Shown in pieces: positions 33,225 through 43,303 of a DNA stretch of 64,000 nucleotides. The DNA comes from an uncultured Acidobacteriota bacterium (GTDB lineage Bacteria; Acidobacteriota; Polarisedimenticolia; J045). A program made the position numbers and the translations under genes. Every line of letters begins with the position of its first letter. The first letter of the stretch is position 1. A model generated the notes under the pieces. It made no database searches. It was not told the origin of the DNA and saw nothing but the letters and a program-made list of their open reading frames with translations. The stretch is from contig CAVPCQ010000029.1 of assembly GCA_963702425.1 (NCBI GenBank), positions 1-64,000 of the forward strand, given 5' to 3'.

Positions 33225-34304
33225 ATGATCCTCGACCCGTCGACCGTGAACGCCGTCTACGAGACGATGCGGGCCAAGCTGGGGGACGTCGTGCCCGACG
33301 TCGAACTGCGGCTCAAGGCCCCGCTGGTCGTCGAGATCCAGCAGCTCAAGCGCGAGCGCAACGCGGTCATCCTGGGGCACAACTACATGGAGCCGGCCCT
33401 CTACCACACGGTGCCGGACTTCAAGGGCGACTCGCTGGAGCTGGCGCGCCGCGCGGCGGAGTCGACCGCCGACGTGATCGTCTTCTGCGGCGTCCGCTTC
33501 ATGGCCGAGACGGCGAAGATCCTGAACCCCTCCCGCACGGTGCTGCTGCCGACGCCGAAGGGCGGCTGCTCGCTGGCCGAGAGCATCAACGGGGCGGACG
33601 TCCGCGCGCTCAAGGAGAAGTACCCGGGCGTCCCGGTGGTCTGCTACATCAACACCTCGGCCGAGGTGAAGGCGGAGTGCGACGTCTGCTGCACCTCCGG
33701 CAACGCGGCGGCGATCGTTCGCGCGCTCGGGCCGGGGCCCGTGATCTTCGTGCCGGACGAGTTCCTGGCCGGCAACGTGGCCCGCGAGACCGGCCGGGAG
33801 ATCATCTTCCCGAGCGCGGCGCCCCGCGCGGCAGCGGCGCAGAACCCGCGCCTGACCTACGAGATCGTGGGCTGGCAGGGACGCTGCGAGGTCCACGAGA
33901 AGTTCACGACCGACGACATCCGCCGCGTGCGCGAGCAGTTCCCCGACGCGGTCGTGGTCGCCCACCCGGAGTGCCGTCCGGAAGTCACGGCCGCCGCCGA
34001 CTTCACGGGAAGCACCTCGGCGGCGATCCGGTTCGTCCGCGAGAGCGGGGCGAAGCGCTACCTCCTGCTGACCGAGTGCGCGATGGGCGACAACATCGCC
34101 GCAGACAACCCGGGCAAGGAGATGCTCCGGCTCTGCAGCGTGCGCTGTCCGCACATGAACGAGATCACGCTGGAGCAGACCCGTGACGCGCTGCTTCACT
34201 CGCGCTACGTGATCGACGTACCGGAGGAGGTCCGCGCGCGCGCCCGCCGCTGTCTCGACCGGATGCTCGAGATGTCCGCGTCGCTGCTCGCGAACGCCGG
34301 GTAG
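33225..34304 (+). CDS. nadA: quinolinate synthase
   Basis: ILGHNY, GDSLEL, FCGVRFMAETAKILNP, GCSLA, YINTSAEVKA, CEVH, AHPEC, CPHM. Confidence 0.97.
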   Translation: MILDPSTVNAVYETMRAKLGDVVPDVELRLKAPLVVEIQQLKRERNAVILGHNYMEPALYHTVPDFKGDSLELARRAAESTADVIVFCGVRFMAETAKILNPSRTVLLPTPKGGCSLAESINGADVRALKEKYPGVPVVCYINTSAEVKAECDVCCTSGNAAAIVRALGPGPVIFVPDEFLAGNVARETGREIIFPSAAPRAAAAQNPRLTYEIVGWQGRCEVHEKFTTDDIRRVREQFPDAVVVAHPECRPEVTAAADFTGSTSAAIRFVRESGAKRYLLLTECAMGDNIAADNPGKEMLRLCSVRCPHMNEITLEQTRDALLHSRYVIDVPEEVRARARRCLDRMLEMSASLLANAG

Positions 34305-35222
34305 ATGAACGCCTCGTTCGACCTCTCCCGCTACGGTGTGATCGCGATCGACGGTCCCGACGCCGCGAAGTTCCTGCAGGGCCTCTCGACCGCCGACATC
34401 CGGATCGTGACCCCCGCGCGCTCGACGCTCGGTGCGTTCTGCCAGGTGAACGGGCGCGTCTCCGTCGTCTTCCGTGTCTTCGAGCGCGGCGGCGAGCTGG
34501 TCCTGCGGTTGCCCGGGGCGCTCGTCCCGGAGACGCTCGAGCGCCTGCGCCGGGTGGTCTTCCGGTCCCGCGTGAAGGTCGCGGACGCGGGCGCGGAGCT
34601 GGCGCGGGCCGGCGTGGCCGGCGCGGCGGCGGCTGAGGCCCTGGCGAAGCAGGCCGGCGTGCTCCCGGCGGCCGCGGACGCCGCGACGACGGCCGGATCG
34701 TGCACGATCATCCGGGTTCCCGGCGAGTTGCCGCGCTTCGAGATCTACGCACCGCACGCCGACCTCGCGCGGCTGCTCGTCGCACTCGAGGCCGCAGGGT
34801 TCGCGCGCGCCGCCGACGGGCTGTGGACTCTCCTCGAGGTCCGGGCCGGCCTGCCGGAGGTCGAGCCGCCGACGGTCGACGCGTTCCTGCCGCAGAATCT
34901 CGAGTTGGAGCGGTTCTCCGGCCTGTCGTTCTCGAAGGGCTGCTACCCCGGCCAGGAGGTCGTCGCGCGCACGCAGCACCTGGGCGAGCTCAAGCGCCGG
35001 CTGTTCCGTGGTCGCACGGGTGGTGGCGAGGTCCCGGCACCCGCCACGCCGCTGCGCGCGATCGAGGCGGGGCGCGAGCGCGACGGCGGCAAGGTGGTCC
35101 GCGCGGCCGCGGCGCCGGACGGGACGATCGAACTGCTGGCGGTGATCCCGGTCGCGGAGGTCGCGTCCGGTGCGCTGCTCGCGCTCGGGCACGCCGCCGG
35201 CGAGACGGTCACGCTGGTTTGA
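34305..35222 (+). CDS. ygfZ: YgfZ/GcvT-like folate-binding Fe-S maturation protein
   Basis: GPDAAKFLQG and the signature KGCYPGQE. Confidence 0.88.
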   Translation: MNASFDLSRYGVIAIDGPDAAKFLQGLSTADIRIVTPARSTLGAFCQVNGRVSVVFRVFERGGELVLRLPGALVPETLERLRRVVFRSRVKVADAGAELARAGVAGAAAAEALAKQAGVLPAAADAATTAGSCTIIRVPGELPRFEIYAPHADLARLLVALEAAGFARAADGLWTLLEVRAGLPEVEPPTVDAFLPQNLELERFSGLSFSKGCYPGQEVVARTQHLGELKRRLFRGRTGGGEVPAPATPLRAIEAGRERDGGKVVRAAAAPDGTIELLAVIPVAEVASGALLALGHAAGETVTLV

Positions 35223-36789
35223 CCAGCACGATCCGTTCGGGCCAGCGCGCCATGTCGCGGGCCGCCTGCACCACCCGTGGTACGTCCTCCCTGGTGCGGG
35301 CGTAGATCCAGAGGACCGGTGCGCCACTCTCGCGCCGCAGCGGAACGAGCGCGCCGACGGCCTCCATGGTGAGCGGCGGCGGGGAGGCCGTCGCCTCCTC
35401 GAGGCCCGGCAGCGGCGGCTCGCCGGCGATCGACAGGACCGCGAGCGGCAGGCAGCCGTACCGCACCAGGAAGCTGCGCCCCTCCGCCGTATCGGCCGCC
35501 ACGCGCCACTGCCTGCGTCCACCGACGTCGGCCAGCAGGGGGTCGAGCAGCGGGAGCATCCCGCCCGTTGCGGAGAAGCCGGCCTCGCTCAGGAAGAGCA
35601 GGGCCGGCGTCTCCGCGAGCGTCATGTCGTCCAGTGCGCCGATCACCTGCGCCGGCGGAATCCCGGAGAACAGCTGCCCGGAATCGAAGGCCCGCGAGAC
35701 CAGCGGCAGCAGGGCGTGCGCATAGCGGTCGACCGACTCGAGGTGGTACCAGGGATGCTCGGGACGGTACGAGTCGGGCGCCAGCCGCAACTGCGCCAGC
35801 CCCTGGCCGAGCGACGTGGGGAGCGCCTCGCGCAGCAGGCTGAACGCCGTCGCGCCGCGATAACCCTGGCTCACGTACCGGCCGGCGAGCTCGGCTCGCT
35901 CGGCCTGGGGAACCCTCCGCTGGAAGTCGTGCACCAGCTCGTGGAAGATCACTGGCACCTGCTCGGCGATCGTGTCGTCGGGACGCACCTCGAGCAGCAG
36001 CGTTCTTTCGCTCGCCTCGGCGTGCGTTCCGTACTCCTGGCTGGGGACGGCGACGAAGCTGAAGAGCGTCGGTGCGGTCGACGACGCGCCCGCGCCGGTG
36101 AACCGGGCCATCGCCGCGACCCACTGTCGCGTCACCGGTTCAGCGAGGAACTGGTCGAAGCGCCGCTGGAAGGCCTGGAGCCAGTCGAACTCGGCCCAGA
36201 GGAACTCGAACCGCTCGGCGAAGTGAGTGAGCGTTGCGCCGACGGCTTCGGCCTCCTCGGGCAGGAGAAAGGCGCGCGTGCGCTGCACGAGGTCCGGAAT
36301 GCTCCGCGCCTGCAGAGCCGCCACATTCAGCATCTGCCGCCGCGAGAGCGTGTCGGGCTCGGAGGGCAGGCAGCCGCTCCCCGCGGCCTCGTCCGTGGCC
36401 GGGCGTGGCTTGAACTCGCGCAGGCGGACCTTCCGGAAGGCGGCGAGCAGTTCGCGGTCGCCCCTGTCGAGCGGGCCGAAGCGGGCGAACCACGCCCGGT
36501 AGTACGCCGGCTGGGTCAGCCCGTTGGAGGTCTCGGCGAGGTTGTCGACCCAGTGGAAGAGGTTCGCGACGTACGAAACCTCGGTGACGATCGGAGAGGC
36601 GCTCCGGCCGTCCTGGGACGCGGCGGTGGGCGGCTGATTCGCCGTCGGTGGCGGCGGCGCGAGCGGTGTCGAGGCGCAGCCGGAGAGCGCGGCCCAGCCG
36701 GTCGCGAGCGCGACCCACGTGCCGAAGCGCGCCAGCGCGCTGCGGCGCGGGCGGGTGGGTCGAGCGCGGCGGGGCGGCGTCGGTCTCAC
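35209..36789 (-). CDS. hypothetical lipoprotein with HExxH motif (possible zinc metallopeptidase)
   Basis: LSGC lipobox, IFHELVH, downstream REAL; start uncertain. Confidence 0.65.
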   Translation of the reverse strand: MRPTPPRRARPTRPRRSALARFGTWVALATGWAALSGCASTPLAPPPPTANQPPTAASQDGRSASPIVTEVSYVANLFHWVDNLAETSNGLTQPAYYRAWFARFGPLDRGDRELLAAFRKVRLREFKPRPATDEAAGSGCLPSEPDTLSRRQMLNVAALQARSIPDLVQRTRAFLLPEEAEAVGATLTHFAERFEFLWAEFDWLQAFQRRFDQFLAEPVTRQWVAAMARFTGAGASSTAPTLFSFVAVPSQEYGTHAEASERTLLLEVRPDDTIAEQVPVIFHELVHDFQRRVPQAERAELAGRYVSQGYRGATAFSLLREALPTSLGQGLAQLRLAPDSYRPEHPWYHLESVDRYAHALLPLVSRAFDSGQLFSGIPPAQVIGALDDMTLAETPALLFLSEAGFSATGGMLPLLDPLLADVGGRRQWRVAADTAEGRSFLVRYGCLPLAVLSIAGEPPLPGLEEATASPPPLTMEAVGALVPLRRESGAPVLWIYARTREDVPRVVQAARDMARWPERIVLVKPA

Positions 36790-36908
36790 GGTCCTCGGAT
36801 CCTGCGGCGGGGCGGCGGCGGTTGGCCGCGCGCAACCCACCCTGTAGCATACCCGGCGCGCCGCAGGAAGCCCGCTGCCAGGGCCGGGATCGCGGGCGCG
36901 GGGATTGC

Positions 36909-37298
36909 ATGGGCCGTTCCATCGCCACCACCGACGGGATCAAGGTCGAGGTCACGAGCCGGTACGTGCCGGAGCGGTCCGCTCCGCCGGAGGACCTGTA
37001 CTTCTTCGCGTACAAGGTGAAGGTGAGCAACGACGGGCGCGAGGCGGCCCGCCTGGTCAATCGGCACTGGATCATCACCGACGCCGAAGGAGAGGTCGAA
37101 CAGGTGCGCGGGCCCGGCGTGGTCGGCGAGCAGCCGCGACTCGAGCCGGGAGAGTCATTCGAGTACACCAGCGGCTGTCCGCTGCCGACCCCGCGGGGAT
37201 CGATGCGGGGCACCTACGAGATGTGGCGCGACGACGGCCGCCGCTTCAAGGCGGAGATCGCGCCGTTCGCGCTCGAGATGCCGCACACGCTGAACTGA
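36909..37298 (+). CDS. apaG: ApaG protein
   Basis: RHWIITD, GPGVVGEQP, FEYTSGCPL, GSMRG. Confidence 0.95.
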   Translation: MGRSIATTDGIKVEVTSRYVPERSAPPEDLYFFAYKVKVSNDGREAARLVNRHWIITDAEGEVEQVRGPGVVGEQPRLEPGESFEYTSGCPLPTPRGSMRGTYEMWRDDGRRFKAEIAPFALEMPHTLN

Positions 37299-37315
37299 AT
37301 GGAAGGGGAGGGGGC

Positions 37316-37792
37316 ATGGACCCCAAGCTGAGGAAGGACGTGCTCCGCAACATCACCTATGGACTCTACGTGACCACGACCGCGCACGGCGACAGCGTGG
37401 CGGCGGCCGGAGTCTCGTGGCTTTCGCAGTGCTCGTTCGAGCCGCCGCTCGTGATGATGGCGCTGCGCAAGGACGGTTCGCTCTGCGCGCTCCTGCGCCG
37501 GAGCGGACGCGGCGTCGTTCACATCCTGGGCGACGGACAGGCGGCGATCGCCAAGACCTTCTTCGGACCGACGCAACACGAAGACGGCATGATCAACGGC
37601 CAGCCGTACCGGCTCGAGGACGGACAGCCGGTCCTCACCACCCTGCCGTGGTACTTCCACTTCGAGGTCAGGGAATGGGTTGACCGCGGCGACCACGCGA
37701 TCGCGGTGGCGGCCGTCACCGGCGCCGGCGCGCCCGGTGGGGCGACGGCGCCGCTGGCGCTGCGCGACACCAGCTGGTCCTACAGCGGGTAG
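37316..37792 (+). CDS. flavin reductase family protein
   Basis: ITYGLYV, SQCSFEPPLV, GDH, terminal WSYSG. Confidence 0.88.
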   Translation: MDPKLRKDVLRNITYGLYVTTTAHGDSVAAAGVSWLSQCSFEPPLVMMALRKDGSLCALLRRSGRGVVHILGDGQAAIAKTFFGPTQHEDGMINGQPYRLEDGQPVLTTLPWYFHFEVREWVDRGDHAIAVAAVTGAGAPGGATAPLALRDTSWSYSG

Positions 37793-37878
37793 CGGCGGCG
37801 GGGACAGCAACCGCGAATCGGTCAGTCCGCCCGGCGAGCGGAAGCAACCGGACGCGCTCCTTCGGCCGATTGGCCGAC

Positions 37879-38292
37879 CTACGGTTGCCGTTCCCGGTTC
37901 CGGAAGGTGGGGACGGGGATCGGCTCGTCGTCCGCTTCCACCTCCAGCGCTGGCGCCTCCGGGAGCGGCGCGTCCGGCTCGCGCTTCAGCACCTCGCGGA
38001 GGGCGAACTTCAGCTCCGTCGAGAGGGTGGTCAGCGCCATCTCGTCCTTCACCACGAGGCAGCAGCCCCGGCCCTTACGGTCCGCGGTGTCGCCGGGAAG
38101 GCGGTAGTAAACGCGGCAGTTGCCGCATTCGTTGTTCCAGCAGAATCGGCCGCGCGAGATCCCATCGGGCGCCACCGACTGCAGACCGCGCAGGAGCGTG
38201 TTGTTGTCCGGTACCTCGACGGTGCGGCCGATGACCGTGAGCTTCAGGAACCGCGACCACGGTCGCAGCAGGTCCGCGTTGACGGGCTTCAC
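37879..38292 (-). CDS. small 2Fe-2S ferredoxin-like protein
   Basis: FCWNNECGNC...GCC; N-terminus resembles Fer2_4 (VEVPDNNTLLR). Confidence 0.7.
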   Translation of the reverse strand: MKPVNADLLRPWSRFLKLTVIGRTVEVPDNNTLLRGLQSVAPDGISRGRFCWNNECGNCRVYYRLPGDTADRKGRGCCLVVKDEMALTTLSTELKFALREVLKREPDAPLPEAPALEVEADDEPIPVPTFRNRERQP

Positions 38293-38395
38293 GAGCGCTC
38301 CGCGGGGCGTCGGGAGCCCCGGGGCCGGAATATAGACTCCCTTTCCACCGGTTGCCGCCGCACGCGGACCGGGGCTCGGCGGCCGCGCCGACGGT

Positions 38396-40009
38396 CTAGG
38401 GGCAGGTGGCCGGCGACAGCTGGCGCTGCGGGCCGCCGGTCGCGGTCAGGTCGCCCGCGGCGTTCCGTCCGATCACGAGGTAGAACAGGGCCGCCCCGGC
38501 CGAGGGCTTGACCGTATCGCCCCCGGTCCAGCGGGGCGTCGTGCTCTTGAAGATGCAGGTGTACTGCCCGGTCGCCTGGCCGTTGCGGTAGACCCGGTAC
38601 TCGGCCACGGGGACCTGCGCGCTGGAGAGCAGGTTCTCCCAGGTCCACTCCGTCCTCTGGAGCAGGAACATGTCGGCCGCACCCTTGCCGGAAACCTCCA
38701 TCGCCGTGAAGGGCGGCACGATGACCCGGACCGAGCCGCCCTGGTCCACGATGTAGATCTCCTTCTGCGCGTCCTGGCCGAAGCTCGACAGGCTGCCGGG
38801 AAGCAGTCCCTGCGGGTCGAGCTGCGCGGTGCGGTCCTGCTGATCGGTGACCACCCCGCCGCTGATCCGGAACGAGCGGACGAACCCCGCGCAGTAGTCC
38901 CCGTAGAAATAGGTCCCGCGCAGGCTCGGCATCCGGCAGCCGCGGTAGACGAAGCCGCCGGTGATCGAACAGGCCCCGCCGGTATGGCCGTACTCGAGGA
39001 CGGGCCTGGTCATCGACGCGTCGTTGCACTTCGGAGTGCAGGGGGTGGTGTCGACCGGCGGCGTGCAGCTCGTGCTGGAGGGGTTGTAGCACTTCGTCGC
39101 CTCCATCTGCCGCCAGCCGTAGTTGCGCCCACTCGCCGTCGCGGCGGAGACCCAGTTGACCTCCTCCCAGCAGTTCTGCCCGACATCGGCGATGTACCAG
39201 TCACCGGTCGCGGGGTCGATGCTGCCGCGCCACGGGTTGCGCAGTCCGAAGGCCCAGATCTCCTCGCAGACGCTCGACTGTCCGACCAGCGGGTTGGTCG
39301 ACGGGATGCGGTAGTTCGCCCCCGACGCGCCGCAGTCCGGAGCCCGTGAAGCGGGGTCGACGCCGAGCACGTCGAGGCGCAGCGCCTTGCCGAGCAGCAC
39401 GTTCCTGTTCTGGCCGTTGCCGCAGGTGCCGCCGGTGCTGTCGCCGCCGCCGCCGCCGTCCCCGGTGAAGACGTAGAGGAAGCCGTCGTTGCCGAAGGTG
39501 AGGTAGCCGCCATTGTGGTTGTCCGACGGCTGGGAGAAGCGGAGGATCCGCAGCTCGCTGGCCGCGTCGGCGACGTCGGGGTTGGCGCTCACGCGGTAGC
39601 GCGCGACGACTGTCCAGGCGTTGTTCCCCGCGTCGACCTCGGTGTAGTTCACGAAGAAGTAGCCCGAGGTCGCGTAGTCCGGCGCGAAGGCGAGTCCGAG
39701 CAGGCCCATCTCGTTGCCGCGCGTACTGACCTTCGTGCGCAGGTCGAGGAACGTCGTCCAGGTGGCGGTCGCGGTGCCGCGCTTGTGCAGGCGGATGTAG
39801 CCGTCCTGCTCGACGATGAGCTGCCGAGTGTTGTCAGCCGGCGGCGTGACGAGCAGCAACGGACGATTGACGAAGCCGGTCGCGATCGCGACCGAGCGCA
39901 GGCTCGTCGTGTCCACCGGGGAGATGCCGAGGCAGGGATCGGTTTGAGCGAGGGCGTTTGCCGACCACGCGCAGAGCGCGAGGGCTGCGAGTCGGGGGCG
40001 GACCGTCAT
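38396..40009 (-). CDS. secreted PQQ-dependent sugar dehydrogenase (GSDH) family beta-propeller with C-terminal beta-sandwich
   Basis: Signal peptide, EMGLLGLAF, NHNGG, TGDGG, GLRNPWR, DVGQ..EEVN, SITGG.VYRG. Confidence 0.88.
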   Translation of the reverse strand: MTVRPRLAALALCAWSANALAQTDPCLGISPVDTTSLRSVAIATGFVNRPLLLVTPPADNTRQLIVEQDGYIRLHKRGTATATWTTFLDLRTKVSTRGNEMGLLGLAFAPDYATSGYFFVNYTEVDAGNNAWTVVARYRVSANPDVADAASELRILRFSQPSDNHNGGYLTFGNDGFLYVFTGDGGGGGDSTGGTCGNGQNRNVLLGKALRLDVLGVDPASRAPDCGASGANYRIPSTNPLVGQSSVCEEIWAFGLRNPWRGSIDPATGDWYIADVGQNCWEEVNWVSAATASGRNYGWRQMEATKCYNPSSTSCTPPVDTTPCTPKCNDASMTRPVLEYGHTGGACSITGGFVYRGCRMPSLRGTYFYGDYCAGFVRSFRISGGVVTDQQDRTAQLDPQGLLPGSLSSFGQDAQKEIYIVDQGGSVRVIVPPFTAMEVSGKGAADMFLLQRTEWTWENLLSSAQVPVAEYRVYRNGQATGQYTCIFKSTTPRWTGGDTVKPSAGAALFYLVIGRNAAGDLTATGGPQRQLSPATCP

Positions 40010-40158
40010 GGCTGTTCCTCGTCGTGGAGCGTGGGCCCGCCACATCCGCGGGCGCTGCTGGTCGGGCGCTGCATGGACGAACGGTGTACCGCGCAAACCG
40101 TGGAATCCGCAAGAAACAACCCCGTTAACAGGCGTCCTCAGCCAACCTCGGGGGCGCC

Positions 40159-40187
40159 TTGACAGCGGCGGCGGGGAGAGGTACCTT
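40159..40187 (+). promoter_or_regulatory. sigma70 promoter of the apbE cluster
   Basis: TTGACA (40159)-N17-TACCTT (40182). Confidence 0.65.
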
Positions 40188-40199
40188 CCGGTTAGTTAA

Positions 40200-40356
40200 T
40201 GCGAGCCATTCGCAACTAGAGTATGTGAGGACTGAACTTCCGATCGGGAAGATCCCCACAAACCCCCGACAGAGCGCCCACCTTGGGCCTGGCGGACCGT
40301 GCGGAATGCCGCTCGGGCGCCGTTTGGGTGCGACCCTCTTCTGCGACTCATTCGCA
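40200..40356. promoter_or_regulatory. two palindromic Fur-like operator boxes
   Basis: TGCGAGCCATTCGCA at 40200-40214 and TGCGACTCATTCGCA at 40342-40356, both followed by AC. Confidence 0.6.
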
Positions 40357-40388
40357 ACAAAGACCCGGCGCCGAAGGCTGCAGGAGCC

Positions 40389-41402
40389 ATGAAACCGCAT
40401 CCGAAAAAAGTCAGGACCGTGACCGCGGCAGGCTGGCTTGCCCTCGCGGCCGGGGTCCTTCCCGCGGACGCGGCGGCACCCGCGGCCGTCTCCTCCCCCC
40501 CGGTCGTCCGAGCCCGTTGGCTGATGGGGGCGCCGTGCGAGATCCGTGCCTTCGGCTCGCCGGACCGCGTCGGTCCGCAGCTCGACAACGCGCTGGATCG
40601 GATCGCCCAACTCGAACAGGTCATGACCACCTGGCGTCCCGACGGCGAGCTGGCGCGGCTCAACGCGCGCTGCGCGGGGTCCGCGGCGCACGCCCTGCCG
40701 ATCCCGGTCTCGCCGGAACTCGCCCGCGCGCTCGCGGTCGCGCGCGACTTCGCGATGCGAACGGGGGGCGCGTTCGACCCCTCGGTCGGCGCGCTCCTCG
40801 ATGCCTGGGGCGCGAAGTCCGGCGGGCGCGAACCGTCCCGGGACGAGCTGGCCGGCGCCCTTTCCCGCTCCGGCTGGGAGAACTTCGTGGTTGCCACCCA
40901 GCCGCCGGCCGTGACCTGCCGGCGCGACGGGATGGCCTTCGACCTCGGCGCCATCGGGAAGGGGATGGCGCTCGACGAGGCCGCGGCGATCCTGCGCGCG
41001 GCCGGCGTGACACGCGCGCTGCTCAACTTCGGCGGCCAGGTCCTGGCCCTCGACGCGCCGCCGGGAAGCGACGGGTGGATCGTCGACGTCGCGGATCCGT
41101 CGGACCGCGCGCGCGCGGCGCGCACGCTGACGCTCGTCCGCGCCAGCCTGGCGGTCACCGGCAACGCGGAGCGCGCGATCGAAGCCGGAGGCCGGCGTCG
41201 CGGCCACGTGATCGACCCGCGCACCGGCGAGCCCGTCGACCGGACGTCCGCCGTCGCCGTGATCGCGCCGACCGCGACCGCCGCCGACGCGCTCTCCACC
41301 GCGCTGTTCGTGCTCGGTCCCGGACCCGACGCCGACGCCGTCGCCCTCGCCGGCGACGCGACATTCGTGTTCATGGAGAAGGAGACACTCGATGTTCCGT
41401 GA
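40389..41402 (+). CDS. apbE: FAD:protein FMN transferase (ApbE family)
   Basis: RBS AGGAG; LMG, GAFDPSVG, DLGAIGKG, NFGGQ, GHVIDPRTG, ADALSTA. Confidence 0.9.
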   Translation: MKPHPKKVRTVTAAGWLALAAGVLPADAAAPAAVSSPPVVRARWLMGAPCEIRAFGSPDRVGPQLDNALDRIAQLEQVMTTWRPDGELARLNARCAGSAAHALPIPVSPELARALAVARDFAMRTGGAFDPSVGALLDAWGAKSGGREPSRDELAGALSRSGWENFVVATQPPAVTCRRDGMAFDLGAIGKGMALDEAAAILRAAGVTRALLNFGGQVLALDAPPGSDGWIVDVADPSDRARAARTLTLVRASLAVTGNAERAIEAGGRRRGHVIDPRTGEPVDRTSAVAVIAPTATAADALSTALFVLGPGPDADAVALAGDATFVFMEKETLDVP

Positions 41403-42747
41403 CAGGTTCCAACACGCCCTCGTCGCGGCCGCGCTCTCCCTGGCTGCGGGGAGTCTGCCGCTCTTCGCCCAGGAGACACCCGCGCCGCCTGCTCCGTCCG
41501 CGGAGGAGCTGGCGAACAGGAAGAGGATCGAGGAGCTGGAGCGCAAGCTGGCGGTCCTGGCCGAGGAGCTGCAGGCGCTGCGCGCCGGCGAGAAAGCCGA
41601 CGCCGCGCCGACGCCAACGCCGACCCCCGACGAGCCGACGCCGGAAGGGGCCACCGGGCTCGCGCCGGCGGCCTCGAAGGTCTACACCAAGACCCGCGGC
41701 GTCTCGATCGGCGGCTACGGCGACATGATCTACGAGAACTACGACGCCAGCCGGGACGACGGCACGCCGTCCGACGCGCGCGACCAGATCGACTTCCTGC
41801 GGGCCGTGTTCTACTTCGGCTACAAGTTCAACGACCGGATCGTCTTCAACTCCGAGATCGAGTACGAGCACGCGACGACGGACGACGAGGGAGAGGTCGC
41901 CGTCGAGTTCGCGTACCTCGACTTCCTCTTCAACGACTACGCCAATGTCCGGGCGGGCCTGGTCCTGGTACCGGTCGGGATCATCAACGAGATCCACGAG
42001 CCGCCGACCTACCTGGGCGTCAAGCGGCCGGGCGTGGACGGCGTGATCATGCCCACGACGTGGAGCGAACCGGGCGTCGGCGTGCACGGGCGGTTCGGGC
42101 TGTTCAGCTACCAGGCCTACCTGCTGGACGGCCTCGACAGCGAGGGTTTCACCGCATCGGCCGGGATCCGCGGCGGCCGCCAGGCCGGATCCAAAGCCCT
42201 GGCCGAGGACCTCGCGGTGGCGCTGCGCCTCGATCTCACGGGCGTCCCGGGCCTGCTGGCCGGCGTCTCGTTCTACCGCGGCGACTCGGGCCAGGGGCGC
42301 GTGGTGGACGGCCAGACCATCAAGGGCCCGGTCACGCTGTACGACGTGCACGCCGACTGGAAGTGGCGGGGGCTGTGGCTGCGCGGCGTCTGGTCCGCGG
42401 TCGACATCGGTGACGCCGGGCTGATCAGCATCCAGACCGACCAGGCGATCGGCTCCGAGCTGCGCGGCGGGTACGCCGAAGCCGGCTTCGACCTGCTCTC
42501 GCTGACGAGCGCCCGCAACCAGTCGCTCTACCCGTACGTGCGCTACGAGCGCTACGACACCCAGTCCGAGGTCGCGCCGGGATACCAGTCCGACGTCACC
42601 GGGGCCAACGACCGCACCGCGATCAGCTACGGGGTGATGTACCGGCCGATCCCCCAGGTCGCGATCAAGGCCGAGTACCAGGACCTGAAGAACGCGGCCG
42701 GCACCGGCGTGGACCAGTTCAATGCGTCGCTCGGCTACCTGTTCTGA
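41392..42747 (+). CDS. outer-membrane beta-barrel (porin-like) with N-terminal coiled coil
   Basis: Signal peptide, coiled coil, SIGGYG, FNSEIEYEH, VEFAYLD, HEPPTY, terminal LGYLF beta-signal. Confidence 0.82.
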   Translation: MFRDRFQHALVAAALSLAAGSLPLFAQETPAPPAPSAEELANRKRIEELERKLAVLAEELQALRAGEKADAAPTPTPTPDEPTPEGATGLAPAASKVYTKTRGVSIGGYGDMIYENYDASRDDGTPSDARDQIDFLRAVFYFGYKFNDRIVFNSEIEYEHATTDDEGEVAVEFAYLDFLFNDYANVRAGLVLVPVGIINEIHEPPTYLGVKRPGVDGVIMPTTWSEPGVGVHGRFGLFSYQAYLLDGLDSEGFTASAGIRGGRQAGSKALAEDLAVALRLDLTGVPGLLAGVSFYRGDSGQGRVVDGQTIKGPVTLYDVHADWKWRGLWLRGVWSAVDIGDAGLISIQTDQAIGSELRGGYAEAGFDLLSLTSARNQSLYPYVRYERYDTQSEVAPGYQSDVTGANDRTAISYGVMYRPIPQVAIKAEYQDLKNAAGTGVDQFNASLGYLF

Positions 42748-42751
42748 GCGC

Positions 42752-43303
42752 GTGCGCCGCGCCGGGGCGGCGCTCTTCGTGCTGGCCGTGCTGGTCGCGG
42801 CCGGCACGGGGAGCGCGCCCGCCGGCGTCCTCGTCGAGGCCGAAGCCGCGCTGCAGCGGGTCTTCCCGCCGCCGCTCGTCGTCGCGAAGAAGACCGCGTT
42901 CCTCGACGCGGCGCAGGCGGCCCGCGTCGAGCAGCTCGCCGGCCAGAAGCCGCCCAGCAAGGTCGTCGCCTACTACGCCGCGACCGACCCGGCGACCGGG
43001 AAGCCCGCAGGCTGGGCCTTCGTCGACACCCACATCGTGCGCACGCTGCCCGAGACGGTGCTGGTCGTGCTCGACCCGGCCGGCACGGTCAGCCGGGTCG
43101 AGATCCTCTCGTTCAACGAGCCGCCCGAGTACATGCTCACGGCACCGTGGCTGGCGCAGCTCGGGGGGCGCGCGCTCGACGGCGAGCTGCGGCTCCAGCG
43201 CGGGATTCGCACGATGGCGGGCGCGACGCTCTCGTCGGTCGCGATGACCGATGCGGTGCGCCGCGTGCTCGCGCTGCACCAGGTCCTGGAGGCCACACCG
43301 TGA
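42752..43303 (+). CDS. exported FMN-binding domain protein (ApbE substrate)
   Basis: Signal peptide; C-terminal MAGATLSS resembles the [ST]GA[ST] flavinylation motif; start uncertain (ORF open from 42722). Confidence 0.8.
   Translation: MRRAGAALFVLAVLVAAGTGSAPAGVLVEAEAALQRVFPPPLVVAKKTAFLDAAQAARVEQLAGQKPPSKVVAYYAATDPATGKPAGWAFVDTHIVRTLPETVLVVLDPAGTVSRVEILSFNEPPEYMLTAPWLAQLGGRALDGELRLQRGIRTMAGATLSSVAMTDAVRRVLALHQVLEATP

Noticed and set aside
40215-40340. Known riboswitch (FMN, cobalamin) in the apbE leader
   Set aside because: I could not find the conserved aptamer signatures by eye; a covariance search would be needed.
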